Below, piece after piece: positions 25,601-37,260 of a stretch of 64,000 bases of DNA. The stretch lies in assembly GCA_002269645.1 (NCBI GenBank), contig NIVC01003105.1, positions 1 to 64,000 on the forward strand, given 5' to 3'. Within the stretch, counting starts at the first letter, position 1. Each line of letters begins with the position of its first letter. Position numbers and translations under genes: made by a program. The notes under the pieces were generated by a model. It was not told the DNA's origin. It saw only the letters and a program-made list of their open reading frames with translations, and searched no databases. Source of the stretch: Macrostomum lignano (lineage: Eukaryota).

Positions 25601-27867
25601 ATTTAGCTCCCTGCACTCTCTCACACCCTGCATTTAGCTCCCTACACTCTCTCACACCCTGCATTTAGCTCCCTGCACTCTCTCACCCTGCATTTAGCTC
25701 CCTGCACTCTCTCACCCTGCATTTAGCTCCCTACACTCTCTCACACCCTGCATTTAGCTCCCTACACTCTCTCACACCCTGCATTTAGCTCCCTGCACTC
25801 TCTCACACCCTGCATTTAGCTCCCTGCACTCTAACACCCTGCATTTAGCTCCCTGCACTCTCACACCCTGCATTTAGCTCCCTGCACTCTCACACCCTGC
25901 ATTTAGCTCCCTTCACTCTCACACCCTGCATTTAGCTCCCTGCACTCTCACACCCTGCATTTAGCTCCCTGCACTCTCTCACACCCTGCATTTAGCTCCC
26001 TGCACTCTCTCACCCTGCATTTAGCTCCCTGCACTCTCTCACACCCTGCATTTAGCTCCCTACACTCTCTCACACTTTGCATTTAGCTCCCTGCACTCTC
26101 TCACACCCTGCATTTAGCTCCCTGCACTCTCTCACACCCTGCATTTAGCTCCCTGCACTCTCTCACACCCTGCATTTAGCTCCCTGCACTCTCTCACACC
26201 CTGCATTTAGCTCCCTGCACTCTCTCACCCTGCATTTAGCTCCCTGCACTCTCTCACACCCTGCATTTAGCTCCCTGCACTCTCTCACACCCTGCATTTA
26301 GCTCCCTACACTCTCTCACACCCTGCATTTAGCTCCCTGCACTCTCTCACACCCTGCATTTAGCTCCCTACACTCTCTAACACCCTGCATTTAGCTCCCT
26401 GCACTCTCACACCCTGCATTTAGCTCCCTGCACTCTCACACCCTGCATTTAGCTCCCTGCACTCTCACACCCTGCATTTAGCTCCCTGCACTCTCACACC
26501 CTGCATTTAGCTCCCTGCACTCTCACACCCTGCATTTAGCTCCCTGCACTCTCACACCCTGCATCTAGCTTCCTGCACTCTCACACCCTGCAATTAGCTC
26601 CCTACACTCTCACACCCTGCAATTAGCTCCCTACACTCTCACACCCTGCATCTAGCTCCCTGCACTCTCACACCCTGCATTTAGCTCCCTGCACCCTCAC
26701 ACCCTGCAATTAGCTCCCTACACTCTCACACCCTGCAATTAGCTTCCTACACTCTCACACCCTGCATTTAGCTCCCTGCACTCTCACACCCTGCAATTAG
26801 CTCCCTACACTCTCACACCCTGCAATTAGCTCCCTACACTCTCACACCCTGCATTTAGCTCCCTGCACTCTCACACCCTGCAATTAGCTTCCTGCACTCT
26901 CACACCCTGCAATTAGCTCCCTACACTCTTACACCCTGCAATTAGCTCCCTGCATTCTCACACCCTGCATTTAGCTCCCTGCACTCACACACCCTGCATC
27001 TAACTCCCTGCACTCTCACACCCTGCATCTAACTCCCTGCATTCTCACACCCTGCATTTAGCTCCCTACACTCTCACACCCTGCATTTAGCTCCCTGCAC
27101 TCTCACACCCTGCAATTAGCTCCCTACACTCTCACACCCTGCATTTAGCTCCCTGCACTCTCACACCCTGCATTTAGCTCCCTGCACTCTCACACCCTGC
27201 ATTTAGCTCCCTGCACTCTCACACCCTGCAATTAGCTCCCTGCACTCTCACACCCTGCAATTAGCTCCCTACACTCTCACACCCTGCATCTAACTCCCTG
27301 CACTCTCACACCCTGCATCTAGCTCCCTGCACTCTCACACCGTGCATTTAGCTCCCTGCACTCTCACACCCTGCATTTAGCTCCCTGCACTCTCACACCC
27401 TGCATTTAGCTCCCTGCACTCTCTCACCCTGCATTTAGCTCCCTGCACTCTCACACCCTGCATCTAGCTTCCTGCACTCTCACACCCTGCATCTAGCTTC
27501 CTGCACTCTCACACCCTGCATCTAGCTTCCTGCACTCTCACACCCTGCAATTAGCTCCCTGCACTCTCACACCCTGCATTTAGCTCCCTGCACTCTCACA
27601 CCCTGCATTTAGCTCCCTGCATTCTCACACCCTGTACTCTTCCTGCACTCTCACACCCTGCATCTCTCCCTCCACTCTCACACCCTGCATCCCTCCCTCC
27701 ACTCTCACACCCTGCATCTCATGAGCCATTGCTCCCCACAACCGCAACTCACCAATCATCGCGGTTCCCTTGGCCACTCCGACGGCAACTTTACCAAATG
27801 TGACATTCTTGTGCCTGTGCGCGATGGATCCCGGATACCTGCGACCTCCGGCCAGTGTTGAGAACAT
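16618..27867 (-). CDS. Uncharacterised single-pass membrane protein, 358 aa; exons 27867-27753, 23031-22777, 21004-20726, 17045-16618
   Basis: All three introns are GT-AG (GTGAGT, GTAGGT, GTGAGA donors) and all are phase 1, giving a 1077-nt open frame. Hydrophobic segment TAMIVIGVPVCTIAAGLGATAIVAYGLASPFYYGG is followed by a basic RKLVRKIRRHR stop-transfer run. No domain was firmly recognised. Confidence 0.72.
17085..17512. repeat. 33-bp minisatellite (AAGGATCGAGAGTGAGGCGGTCAGATCAAAGAT)
   Basis: Tandem copies directly beside the acceptor at 17046-17047. Confidence 0.9.
18364..18720. repeat. CT-rich low-complexity tract
   Basis: Almost pure C/T sequence. Confidence 0.85.
19190..19452. repeat. 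14-bp minisatellite (CCTATCTACCCTTC/G)
   Basis: Tandem copies. Confidence 0.9.
20180..20712. repeat. 7-bp satellite (CAGCATA with CAGTAAA and CAGCAAA variants)
   Basis: Tandem heptamers ending about 13 bp from the donor at 20725. Confidence 0.93.
21070..21960. repeat. 21-bp minisatellite (GGATTCGGAATGGGGAAATGA)
   Basis: Tandem copies. Confidence 0.95.
22348..22762. repeat. Highly homogeneous 15-bp minisatellite (GATCTGAGAGTGTGG)
   Basis: Near-identical copies ending 14 bp from the donor at 22776. Confidence 0.96.
23040..23380. repeat. 11-bp G-rich repeat (TAGAGTTGGGG / TAGGGTTGGGG)
   Basis: Tandem copies running into the minus-strand acceptor at 23033-23032. Confidence 0.93.
23480..24270. 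repeat. 22-bp purine-rich minisatellite (AAAGGAGGGCAAAGAGAGGGAG)
   Basis: Tandem copies. Confidence 0.95.
24712..27720. repeat. 29/31-bp minisatellite (CCCTGCACTCTCACACCCTGCATTTAGCT)
   Basis: 3-kb array. The CTAACAC variant recurs at 25261 and 25830, consistent with a ~570-bp block duplication. Confidence 0.97.
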
Positions 27868-28129
27868 GACGCCAGCAGAAATGCCGAACCGACTGCTCAG
27901 ATTTATGATAGCTTTTTACTATCTACAGATATATCTGCGTTAATGATTGAGGAAAAGGCAAATCAGCGGTTGAGAAGGCTGTATGAAGGGAGCATTTATC
28001 CCAACTAACGATTTGAGCACTGCCAATACGGGGCCGCCTGCACTGCCGCTCTTCTATTGGCCGTAAGAGTATGAGGAAAGAGCTGAAGAGCTGAGCTGAA
28101 TGTTTGCCTTACTAACCCACTCATGAACT

Positions 28130-28525
28130 CATGAACTCACTCATGAACTCATGAACTCACTCATGAACTCATAAACTCTCTCATGAACTCATGAACTCAC
28201 TCATGAACTCATGAACTCACTCATGAACTCACTCATGAACTCATGAACTCACTCATGAACTCATGAACTCACTCATGAACTCACTCATGAACTCACTCAT
28301 GAACTCACTCATGAACTCATGAACTCACTCATGAACTCATGAACTCACTCATGAACTCACTCATGAACTCACTCATGAACTCACTCATGAACTCATGAAC
28401 TCACTCATGAACTCATGAACTCACTCATGAACTCACTCATGAACTCACTCATGAACTCACTCATGAACTCATGAACTCACTCATGAACTCATGAACTCAC
28501 TCATGAACTCATGAACTTATGAACC
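28130..28525. repeat. 12/8-bp minisatellite (CATGAACTCACT / CATGAACT), left half
   Basis: Same unit and orientation as 30406-30800; split by the 1.88-kb insertion. Confidence 0.93.
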
Positions 28526-30405
28526 TGATGTAACCGCCCTTGATGACCGTCTGCTCAGCGGGGAGGAGGGCGTATGACCATAGGGGGCAATGACCGTAGG
28601 CTGCCTATGACCGGGCAATGACCTGACGGACCTCCAGCACCAGACTGTCCTGCCCACATGATTGATAGCTTTGGTAGCGCTTTCGTGACCAGAGGGCCAA
28701 GGACCCACATGGACCCCTCCTGTAGCCAAGGTGCAATAGTTGGTCACTCGGTCATAGAATGACCGAGTGGCTGCCACCACTCTATGTGACCTGGCGCACC
28801 TGGATCTCACTACCAGACCTCTCGAGGCTAGAGCCCCGCCTGGATTGGTTACCAGGGGATTTAGGCTAACAGGGGAGACGCATGCAGCCGTGTACAGGGA
28901 CTCTGCTCTATTCGGGAACTCTGGGCTCAATCTGGAGGATTTCTCAGCAGGGGATCCTTTGTGGCTGTGAACGAGGCGGACTTGCGGTTTCAATTACTAA
29001 GAGTAGGGTGAGGCGAACATGTACTGTCTATAGTTTAGATTGCTCCGGGCGAAGGGACGCGTCAGCATGGGGTTGCAACCTTCCTGCCGCCATTCTGTGC
29101 CAAGACCCGCTAATCCCCTCTACAGCACGCACACACGGCCCCGCAGCACGCACACACAGGCGGGCTTCGCACGGGGAGAGGCCATTAGCTTACCCAAACT
29201 TCCTTATGCTTTGCCACCCAGGGAGAAATGGTGAATGTGTGAATAATGAGGAGTTTAGTAATGGTTAATAATTAGGCCCTTAGGCAAAATAAACAGGCAA
29301 TTAGGCGGCTTCACCATTGAGTAAAATACAGCAAAGATACGGTATCACAATTGGCTCAGCTCTCTAATCAAGCAATGAGAAATAAGCAAACCCCAGATAA
29401 GCAAAGGCAATTAGAGCACAAATTAGTACAGGAACTTACCGGCGGCTGCACAGAGAGAGAGAGAGAGCGATGGAGTGACCGAGGGCGGCCGTTGGCTGCG
29501 GACAGGCAGGTAGTGAAGCGGCGATGCGCTGGAGCGACGAGGCGCTGATGTAGCTCAGGCGATGCTGAGGATGCTGGGCGGTATCAGATCGCGGGCCGGC
29601 AGAGATTCGTCCTATAGACGAATGGGGGGTCAGATCAACGTCTGGCGGAAAGTACTATTCACGGCAAGTAGTGTTCTCACGCCGAAAATCACTCCCTTAA
29701 ATAGTCCTCACGGCCGCTGCTCCAAGGTCGTTTCCATGACTCCCTCTCTCTGATTGGCTGCCGGCAGAATGACGTCAGAATGAGTCATGATGAGAAGCAT
29801 GAGAACGGCATAGCAACATAAGAAATGGGAAAACTGCGCAATCTGGAGGTAGGGTGGGTGGATAATGAGCACAGCGGGGGGTCGAGATAGTGTTGCGCAA
29901 GCAAACACTGAGAACAATGGGAATCAGACCGAGAACAAAGGAAATGGAAATCGGAGATAATTGGCGGGAGAGCCGAGAACAATAGAAAAGTAAACATTGG
30001 AGAAAAGGTGCTAATCGGGTGCGAAAACGAGAACAAAAGAATCAAAAACGAGAACAATAGAAGCGGAGGTGGGGTGGGTGTCGCATGAGAAGGGGACAGC
30101 GCAAGAAAAATGGGCTAAAACATGGTGAAGAAGATGAGGAACATGATAAGTTCATGATACATGGGGTGAAACGCGTGAAAAATGGGGGAGGCAGACGAGG
30201 TGCAGTAGAAAAGGGGCTTCGGAAAGGCACGTGTGGCTGAGTGGGAGACGGAACCGAGCCGGCAGGGGAATGCAACAGAGCGGGAGTCAGGTGGTCAGGT
30301 ACCCGGCCCAGTCTCGACAGCTGTGCCCGGTGAGTCAAGGGAGATCTGGGAGATTCCGAAAAATTTCCCCCCACCAGATCCCGCGACCAGAGCATGGTTA
30401 CATCA
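28526..30405 (-). mobile_element. Solo-LTR-like (or short-TIR non-autonomous) element, 1880 bp
   Basis: Termini TGATGTAACC (28526-28535) and GGTTACATCA (30396-30405) form a perfect 10-bp inverted repeat with TG...CA ends. It sits inside a minisatellite, has no coding capacity and carries minus-strand promoter motifs. The target-site duplication is at best imperfect (AACC/AACT). Confidence 0.68.
29697..29790 (-). promoter_or_regulatory. Candidate RNA pol II promoter inside the LTR-like element: AP-1, CRE, CCAAT and TATA-like motifs
   Basis: The minus strand reads TGACTCA...TGACGTCA...AGCCAATCAG...TATTTAAGG in canonical order. Activity is untested. Confidence 0.45.
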
Positions 30406-30800
30406 AACTCATGAATTCATGAACTCACTCATGAACTCACTCATGAACTCGCTCATGAACTCACTCATGAACTCACTCATGAACTCACTCATGAACTCAC
30501 TAATGAACTCACTCATGAACTCACTAATGAACTCACTCGTGAACTCACTCATGAACTCACTCTTGAACTCACTCATGAACTCACTCATGAACTCACTCAT
30601 GAACTCACTCATAAACTCATTCTTGAACTCACTCATGAACTCACTCATGAACTGACTCGTGAACTCACTCATGAACTCACTCATGAACTCACTCATAAAC
30701 TCATTCTTGAACTCACTCATGAACTCACTCTTGAACTCACTCATGAACTCACTCTTGAACTCACTCATGAACTCACTCTTGAACCCACTCATGGACTCAT
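30406..30800. repeat. 12-bp minisatellite (CATGAACTCACT), right half
   Basis: Continuation of the 28130-28525 array. Confidence 0.93.
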
Positions 30801-31221
30801 TGAGTCACTCTGCTATCGTCTGCCACTCGGCTCAGGCGTGTACTCTGTAGCCAATTATAAATCATTATCTCTATATTAAATTAGTAAGGACATTAGCTGG
30901 GCAGCAGGCTACGGATCCATAAAAGTCTGCCACTAGCCCCATACAGTATGCACACATCCGTGACCGACTGAAAAGCTTTCACTAGAACGATATAATATAT
31001 AGCTGGTCTTAGCTTAAGACGACATCGTGAATAAATAATGTGCCCAGCATGAGCTATCCATGTGTATTAAAGCTCTGCTATGCGACTGAATACGCTGCTT
31101 ATGAAGCTCTGCATCTACATTCGAGATCGAAGTAAAATTGCACTTTTATGCTAAAGTGTAATTATACGCTCGTAATTCACTAAAATCAAACACACTTCAT
31201 GCAGTAGGGATCCTGGCTTTA

Positions 31222-31640
<419 letters not shown>

Positions 31641-31648
31641 GCCTACAG

Positions 31649-32898
31649 CAGTTCAGAGAATCTGCTTCAGCAGCTGCTGGGTACGGGGCCTGTCTATGGC
31701 CAGAATTTACAACGCGTATTGAAGTGGATGCAGAAGAGAACACAAGATAACAGCTATTTGTAATGCATAATGCATGAGACGTACTCTCGTACCGTAGCAG
31801 CTTGTGAATTGAATATAATATAGCATATATATACCTACTAAAATCAGAGCATACAATAAACATGTCAGACAAGAAAGTCTTCTGCACCCAGGCTTCGGCC
31901 TCTTCGGGTCAATGATCGACTTAGGCTTGGACTTGGCGCCATTGCGCAGTAAAATTCGCGAATGCAAACTGCGCTACCATCGCGAAGTTTGGAAAGTGAT
32001 CTGCGAGCTGGGCATGCAGGGCGGCAACTCCTCCGGCTGGAAGAAGCGCGACGAAGCCGGCGAGGATGGAGGCGGCGGCGGTGACGATGGCGGCGGTGAC
32101 GATGGCGGCGGTGGCGAAGGAGGCGGCGGTGAAGGCGGCGGTGGCGAAGAAGGTGGCGGCGAGGAGGCCAACCAGAGTAACACTCTTGCGGTACGTCGAG
32201 GCGGCGGTCGCTCAGCAGGCAACCGAAACAAGTCCAATGCGTCACAGTTGGCTGCGTCAAACAGTTTTTCCCAGCTAGCAAATCCAATGACCCCGTCAAT
32301 TTTGAAGCAACAACAAAAACAGCAGCAGCGTCAGAAGCATCAGCAGCAGGCATGGAAGCAGCAGCCGCCGCAATGGCCGCAGCAGTCAGCAGCACTATGG
32401 GGGCAGCAACAGCAGCAGCTGCTGCTTCAGCAGCAACAGCAGCAACTGCTGCTTCAGCAACAACAGCCGCAACTGCTTCATCAGCAGCAACTTTCGCTGC
32501 TTCAGCCCAGCTTGGGCCCGCCTGTGCCAGCAAAGGATCCTCAGTATTATTCATCACACGCACGAGCCAAGCTGGCCGTGAGCCGGAAGAATTCCAGCAA
32601 CATTGGCAGCAGAGGAGTTCCCTATGGTGGCAACTGCGGCAGCAGCTGCAGCAACAGCAGCTTGCCAACCACGGCAGACGACGTGACCACGGCCGGATTG
32701 GACTTCGCTGAGCTGCCATCCCTGCCAGACATTGATGTTCCGCCGAGAGCTTCGTTGCTGGATGAGACAAGGTTTGTGCCGCTCCGCTGCGGCGATTGGT
32801 CTTCGCAAAAACCGGCTGCGACGAAAACCAGAGCCGATGATCGACCGGAGCCATCGAAGCGCAGGCACGGTAAGCAAGAGAGGCACAGGCGGTTGTGA
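31649..32898 (+). CDS. Uncharacterised Gly/Glu- and Gln-rich protein, paralog A (exons ~31649-31680 and ~31850-32898; 5' end unresolved)
   Basis: The 328-aa ORF from 31912 is homologous to paralog B. Similarity continues in frame upstream of the Met (QESLLHPGFGLFGSM vs QEGLLHPGFGLFGTM, with third-position changes). Shared G|GTACGG donor and similar intron size (169 vs 164 nt). Confidence 0.7.
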
Positions 32899-33302
32899 CG
32901 CAACCAGGCTTGCAGATGACATTGCGCCCTATTTCTATTTTCAAAGTGAACCAACATCCCCCCAACCCGAAGTTGCACCGGTAAAAAATGTATTATAAAA
33001 GAACCGCACCCGACTCTCACTCATTTTATCTTAAAACTGTAATTCACTGTTTCTATTGGCTCTTTAAAAAGTATTCTTTGCAAGATTGCAGTCGCAATTG
33101 TTACTCTTAACACTGAGTTGGACTTATATTTATGTTTATGCACCTGATAAAAATTAAACTTGTGCAGCATAAGTACCTTAAATTGTTGTCTTAACTTTGT
33201 AGCATTTGTTTATAGACAACTTGAACATTTTTATTACAAAATTTTACATTACAAGTACTTCAATAAACACCTTCTGAATGTACTTATTTCCTGAAATTCT
33301 AA

Positions 33303-33304
<2 letters not shown>

Positions 33305-33385
<81 letters not shown>

Positions 33386-33425
33386 ATAGTAGTAGTAGTA
33401 GTAGTAGTAGTAGTAATAGTAGTAA
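33305..33425. repeat. (AGT)n microsatellite
   Basis: Trinucleotide run between the paralogs. Confidence 0.97.
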
Positions 33426-33547
33426 TGTCCCCTAATGTCCACTAGTAATGTCCCATGTTACAATATGTCCTGAATTACACTAACGCATTAACGACATCAT
33501 GACGTCGTACTGTATCGTACTAGGCGACCTCTTTCTCTTCCGCAGCA

Positions 33548-34182
33548 ATGAATCAACTGCTTAAACTTGTGCGTTGTAAAGTAGACCACAACTATCCCAA
33601 GGAAGTGAGACTATTTTTGAATTTGATCGCTCATTCTAACAGACAAGATATGGAAATATTATTGAGCACCGAGTCAGAGCTGATCGGTACGGGTTTGTCT
33701 ATGGCAAATAGTATTTATTATATAATTTATATCTTTATACCAATATTGTTAGTTAATTGAAGTGCACAAATTAACGCGAAGCAGCAAGTCATTATAAATC
33801 CGTAACAGTGGAATCATACGTACCAGCTAGTACTTAATCGTATAAACCAGCGCCTAGCTTATCACACTATGGCAAACCATGCTGTGGACAAGAAGGTCTT
33901 CTGCACCCAGGCTTCGGCCTCTTTGGAACTATGGTGGACTTAGGCTTGGACTTGGCGCCATTGCGCAACAAAATTCGCGAATGCAAACTGCGCTACCATC
34001 GAGAGATTTGGCAGATCATCTGCGAGCTGGGCATGCAGGGCGGCAACTCCATCGGCTGGACGAAGCGCGACGAAGATGGAGACGAAGAAGCTGGCGAAAG
34101 CGGCGAAAGCGGCGAAGGAGGCAAAAGCGGCGAAAGCGGCGAAGGAGGCGAAGGAGGCGAAGGAGGTGAAAGCGGCGAAGGG

Positions 34183-34213
<31 letters not shown>

Positions 34214-35247
34214 CAGAGGATGGCGGAGGCGAAACCGAGGAAGGAGAAAGTGGCGATGAGGCAGGCGAAGGTGGCGGTGAGGCAAGACAGGGCAAAACCC
34301 CAGCTTCAACCGGCAAAATGGGCGGCGGCAAAGTGGTCGGTGGCAAAGCTGGCGGCGGCAAAGCTGGCGGCGGCAAAGCGGGTGGCGGCAAAGCGGGTGG
34401 CGGCAAAGCGGGCGGCAGCAAAGCGGGCGGCAGCAAAGCGGGTGGCGGCAAAGCGGGCGGCGGCAAAGTGACTGGTGGCAAAGCGGGCGGCGGCCAGACG
34501 GGCGGTGGCAAGACAGGCGGCGGCAAAGCGACTGGCGGCAAAGCGGGTGGCAAAGCGGGCGGCAAAGCGGGCGGCAAAGCGGGCGGCAAAGCGGGCGGCA
34601 AAGCGGGTGGCAAGGCGGGCGGCGGGAATCGAAACAAGTCGAACTCATTGCAATTGGTGTCGAACAATTTCGCCCAGCCAGCCTATCAAGTGCCGCCGGC
34701 AATTTTGATGCAGCAACAGCAGCAGGAGCTGTGGCAGAGGTGGCAACAGCGGCAACAGGAATGGCAACAGCAGATGCAGCAACAACAGCCGAACTGGCCG
34801 CCGCCCCAGCCAGCGAGCGAACTATGGGAGCAGCAGCCTGTGGAACTTTTGCAACAGCAACAACAACCGCAACTGCTTCATCAGCAGCAACTTCCGATGC
34901 TTCAGCCCAGCTTGGGCCCGCCTGTGCCAGCAAAGGATAATCAGTATTATTCGTCACACGCACGAGCCAAGCTGGTTGTGGGTCGAAGGAGGAATTTTAA
35001 CAACTTCTGCAGCAATGCCGTCAGCTTTGGCGGCGGCTGCGGCAGCAGCTACAACAGCAGCAGCTTGCCTACTACTGCGGACGATGGCAGCACGGCGGGA
35101 CTGGACTTCGCTGAGCTGCCAGCCCTGCCAGACATTGACGAACCGTCGAGGACTTCATTGTTAGACGACGAGGAAAAGTTTGTGCCGCTGTGGGTAGGCG
35201 ATTGGTTTTCGCGGAGAAGCAAGCACGGGAAGCACAGGCGACCGTGA
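33548..35247 (+). CDS. Uncharacterised Gly/Glu-, Gly/Lys- and Gln-rich protein, paralog B, ~511 aa (exons 33548-33686, 33851-35247)
   Basis: ATG directly after a strong polypyrimidine-CAG acceptor. The phase-1 GTACGG donor and CCAG acceptor give an in-frame 1536-nt CDS. Conserved blocks DLGLDLAPLRxKIRECKLRYHRE and SLGPPVPAKDxQYYSSHARAKL are shared with paralog A. Confidence 0.72.
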
Positions 35248-36350
35248 CTGAGAGCGAGGCCAGGCATGCCAGGTAAGACAGGCAGAATCGATTTGGTTTC
35301 AGTAATAATGCGCGCGCAGTTGTCACTTTTTGTGAACTTACTAATATTATCTACCCGCGTACCAAGAAGTGGAGCCAGCATTACACGCACACCAAATTTG
35401 GGCTTTAAATACAGATAAGAAAAACCGCACCATTCTCTACATTCTTTCCTTTTTTAAACTGTAATACGCACCTGTTTTATTGCTCCTTAAAAAATATTGT
35501 TTACAATATTGCATTTACTTGTTATTGTTATACTCAATATCCTGAGTTGGACTGGACTTATCTTTACGTTTATGCACCAGAACGGAATAAACTTGGGCAT
35601 ATTCAACGTAAGTAATTAAAGTTGTTGTTTCAGTGTGTCTTGCGCATTATTTGCATGGTCACGTTTGTCCATTTATTATAACTATTTTATTTATGCACTG
35701 ACCTATACGGAATACTTGCCAATAACCCCTGTTCACATACATAGCCCACGATGCCCATTGTATTTTTATTAAGAGCAATTACAGATTTGCAAGTTCCTGG
35801 CTTGAACGAAATCGATATTTATCTTGCTTTTCATAAAAAGGTAATTTACGAGCAATAGGAATCGGTACAATCGACATTTTAGTGATTAATTTCTGTCTGG
35901 GTGAGGCAGTAGTGTTGAATTGTACGGTAGGACTGAGAAAAGTGCTCTCTTGAGAGCTACTTGGCTGATCTTATTTATTAGTTTAGCAATGAGGTGGTGG
36001 GTGCAGACAGATACAAGCGCGCATGGGGTGGGGGTTGATATAATACCATTCAAAAATTACTAAGCCGGTTAACAACAATCGCCACATGCTGGTGAGTCAA
36101 AAATTCAGTGCATGCAACCTATTGCAAAGTCCATCGTGTCACTGTGTCACATCTCCCCCCTTAGATAACGCCCTCACTGCAGCATCAATCTGTCAGGTGG
36201 TGCTCGAACTCGAGTCGGGTAGCGCCGGGATGTCTCGTCAGCAGAGTCAGCCGTGTCTGCCTGCGGCGAGGCCGACGTTCCGCTAGCGTCAGGTGCCGGC
36301 ATGCCAGTCCTCGTTCGATTCGGCCAGCTGGTCAGCGTGTCGCGCTTATA

Positions 36351-37254
36351 CTACGCCGCGTCCGGAATCGACTGTGCAGTTGCGAGTGCCGGCATTGACG
36401 ATGACACCTTCGGCCCAGCGGCTGCTTTCTCCAGTACAAGCAGCAGTGCTGAAATCGCGGTAGAGCACACGATCTCCAGGCTGGAACTGGCGTGCTGGCC
36501 GCTGCTGCTGAACGACGGGGTCAGGAGATCCAGCACCTGGACGAAGCGCTCGGCCTGGTCGTTGGTCGCTGGTTGGAATGGCGCCGAGAAGATGTGTCGG
36601 ATGTCGTTGGAACTGACGAACTCAGCGAACTCGGCTGAAGCGAATTGTGGCCCGTTGTCCGGCACCAAAGTCTTCGGTACTAGGCCGAGACGAGCGAAGA
36701 TTTCTCGCAGGCAGTTGCTCGTCGCAGTTGCAGTGGTGCTGCTCATCTTGTGCACCTCTGGCCACTTGCTGTGCGCGTCGACCAGGACCAGGACAGTGCA
36801 GCCGTCCACAGGTCCGCGAAGTCGATGTGCAACCGCTCCAATGGCTCAGTCGGGAATGGCCAGGGCTGCACCGGGCCTTGGATGGATCCGCCTGATTGAG
36901 CTGGCAGGTGCGTCAGGCTTTTACTGCGGCCTCGAGGTCTTTGTCGATACTTGGCCACCAGACGTAGCTTCTCGCGAGGGCGCGCATGCGGCTGATGCCA
37001 GGGTGGGCTTGGTGCAGCTCGTTCAACACTTGTTGTTGTATGGCGGCTGGCACCACAACTCGAGCGCCCCACAGCACGCAGCCCTGGTCAATGGACAGCT
37101 CGCTCTGGCGCCTGGCGAAGTCGGTCAGGTCGGCGCAGATGGTCGAACTCGTCTGCACGCAGTGCAGCACGCGACCTAGCACCGCATCCGTCCTGGTGAG
37201 CCGCGCCACCGTCGCTGCAGTGGCGGCCAAACCTGCGCCCTCATCGATCAGCAA
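36351..37254 (-). pseudogene. Integrase remnant (zinc-binding region plus rve core)
   Basis: VLNELHQAHPGISRMRALARSYVWWP and RLHIDFA...VDAHSKWPEV...DNGPQFAS...AERFVQ. An in-frame TGA replaces a zinc-finger Cys (36915-36913), and a frameshift follows near 36815. Confidence 0.9.
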
Positions 37255-37260
37255 CGAGTT

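Noticed and set aside
28517-30395. Short ORFs inside the LTR-like element
   Set aside because: No transposase, gag or pol motifs; lengths are as expected by chance in GC-rich DNA.
31865-35390. Long minus-strand ORFs over paralogs A and B
   Set aside because: Antisense shadows of GC-rich low-complexity coding sequence; conservation between the paralogs favours the + frame.
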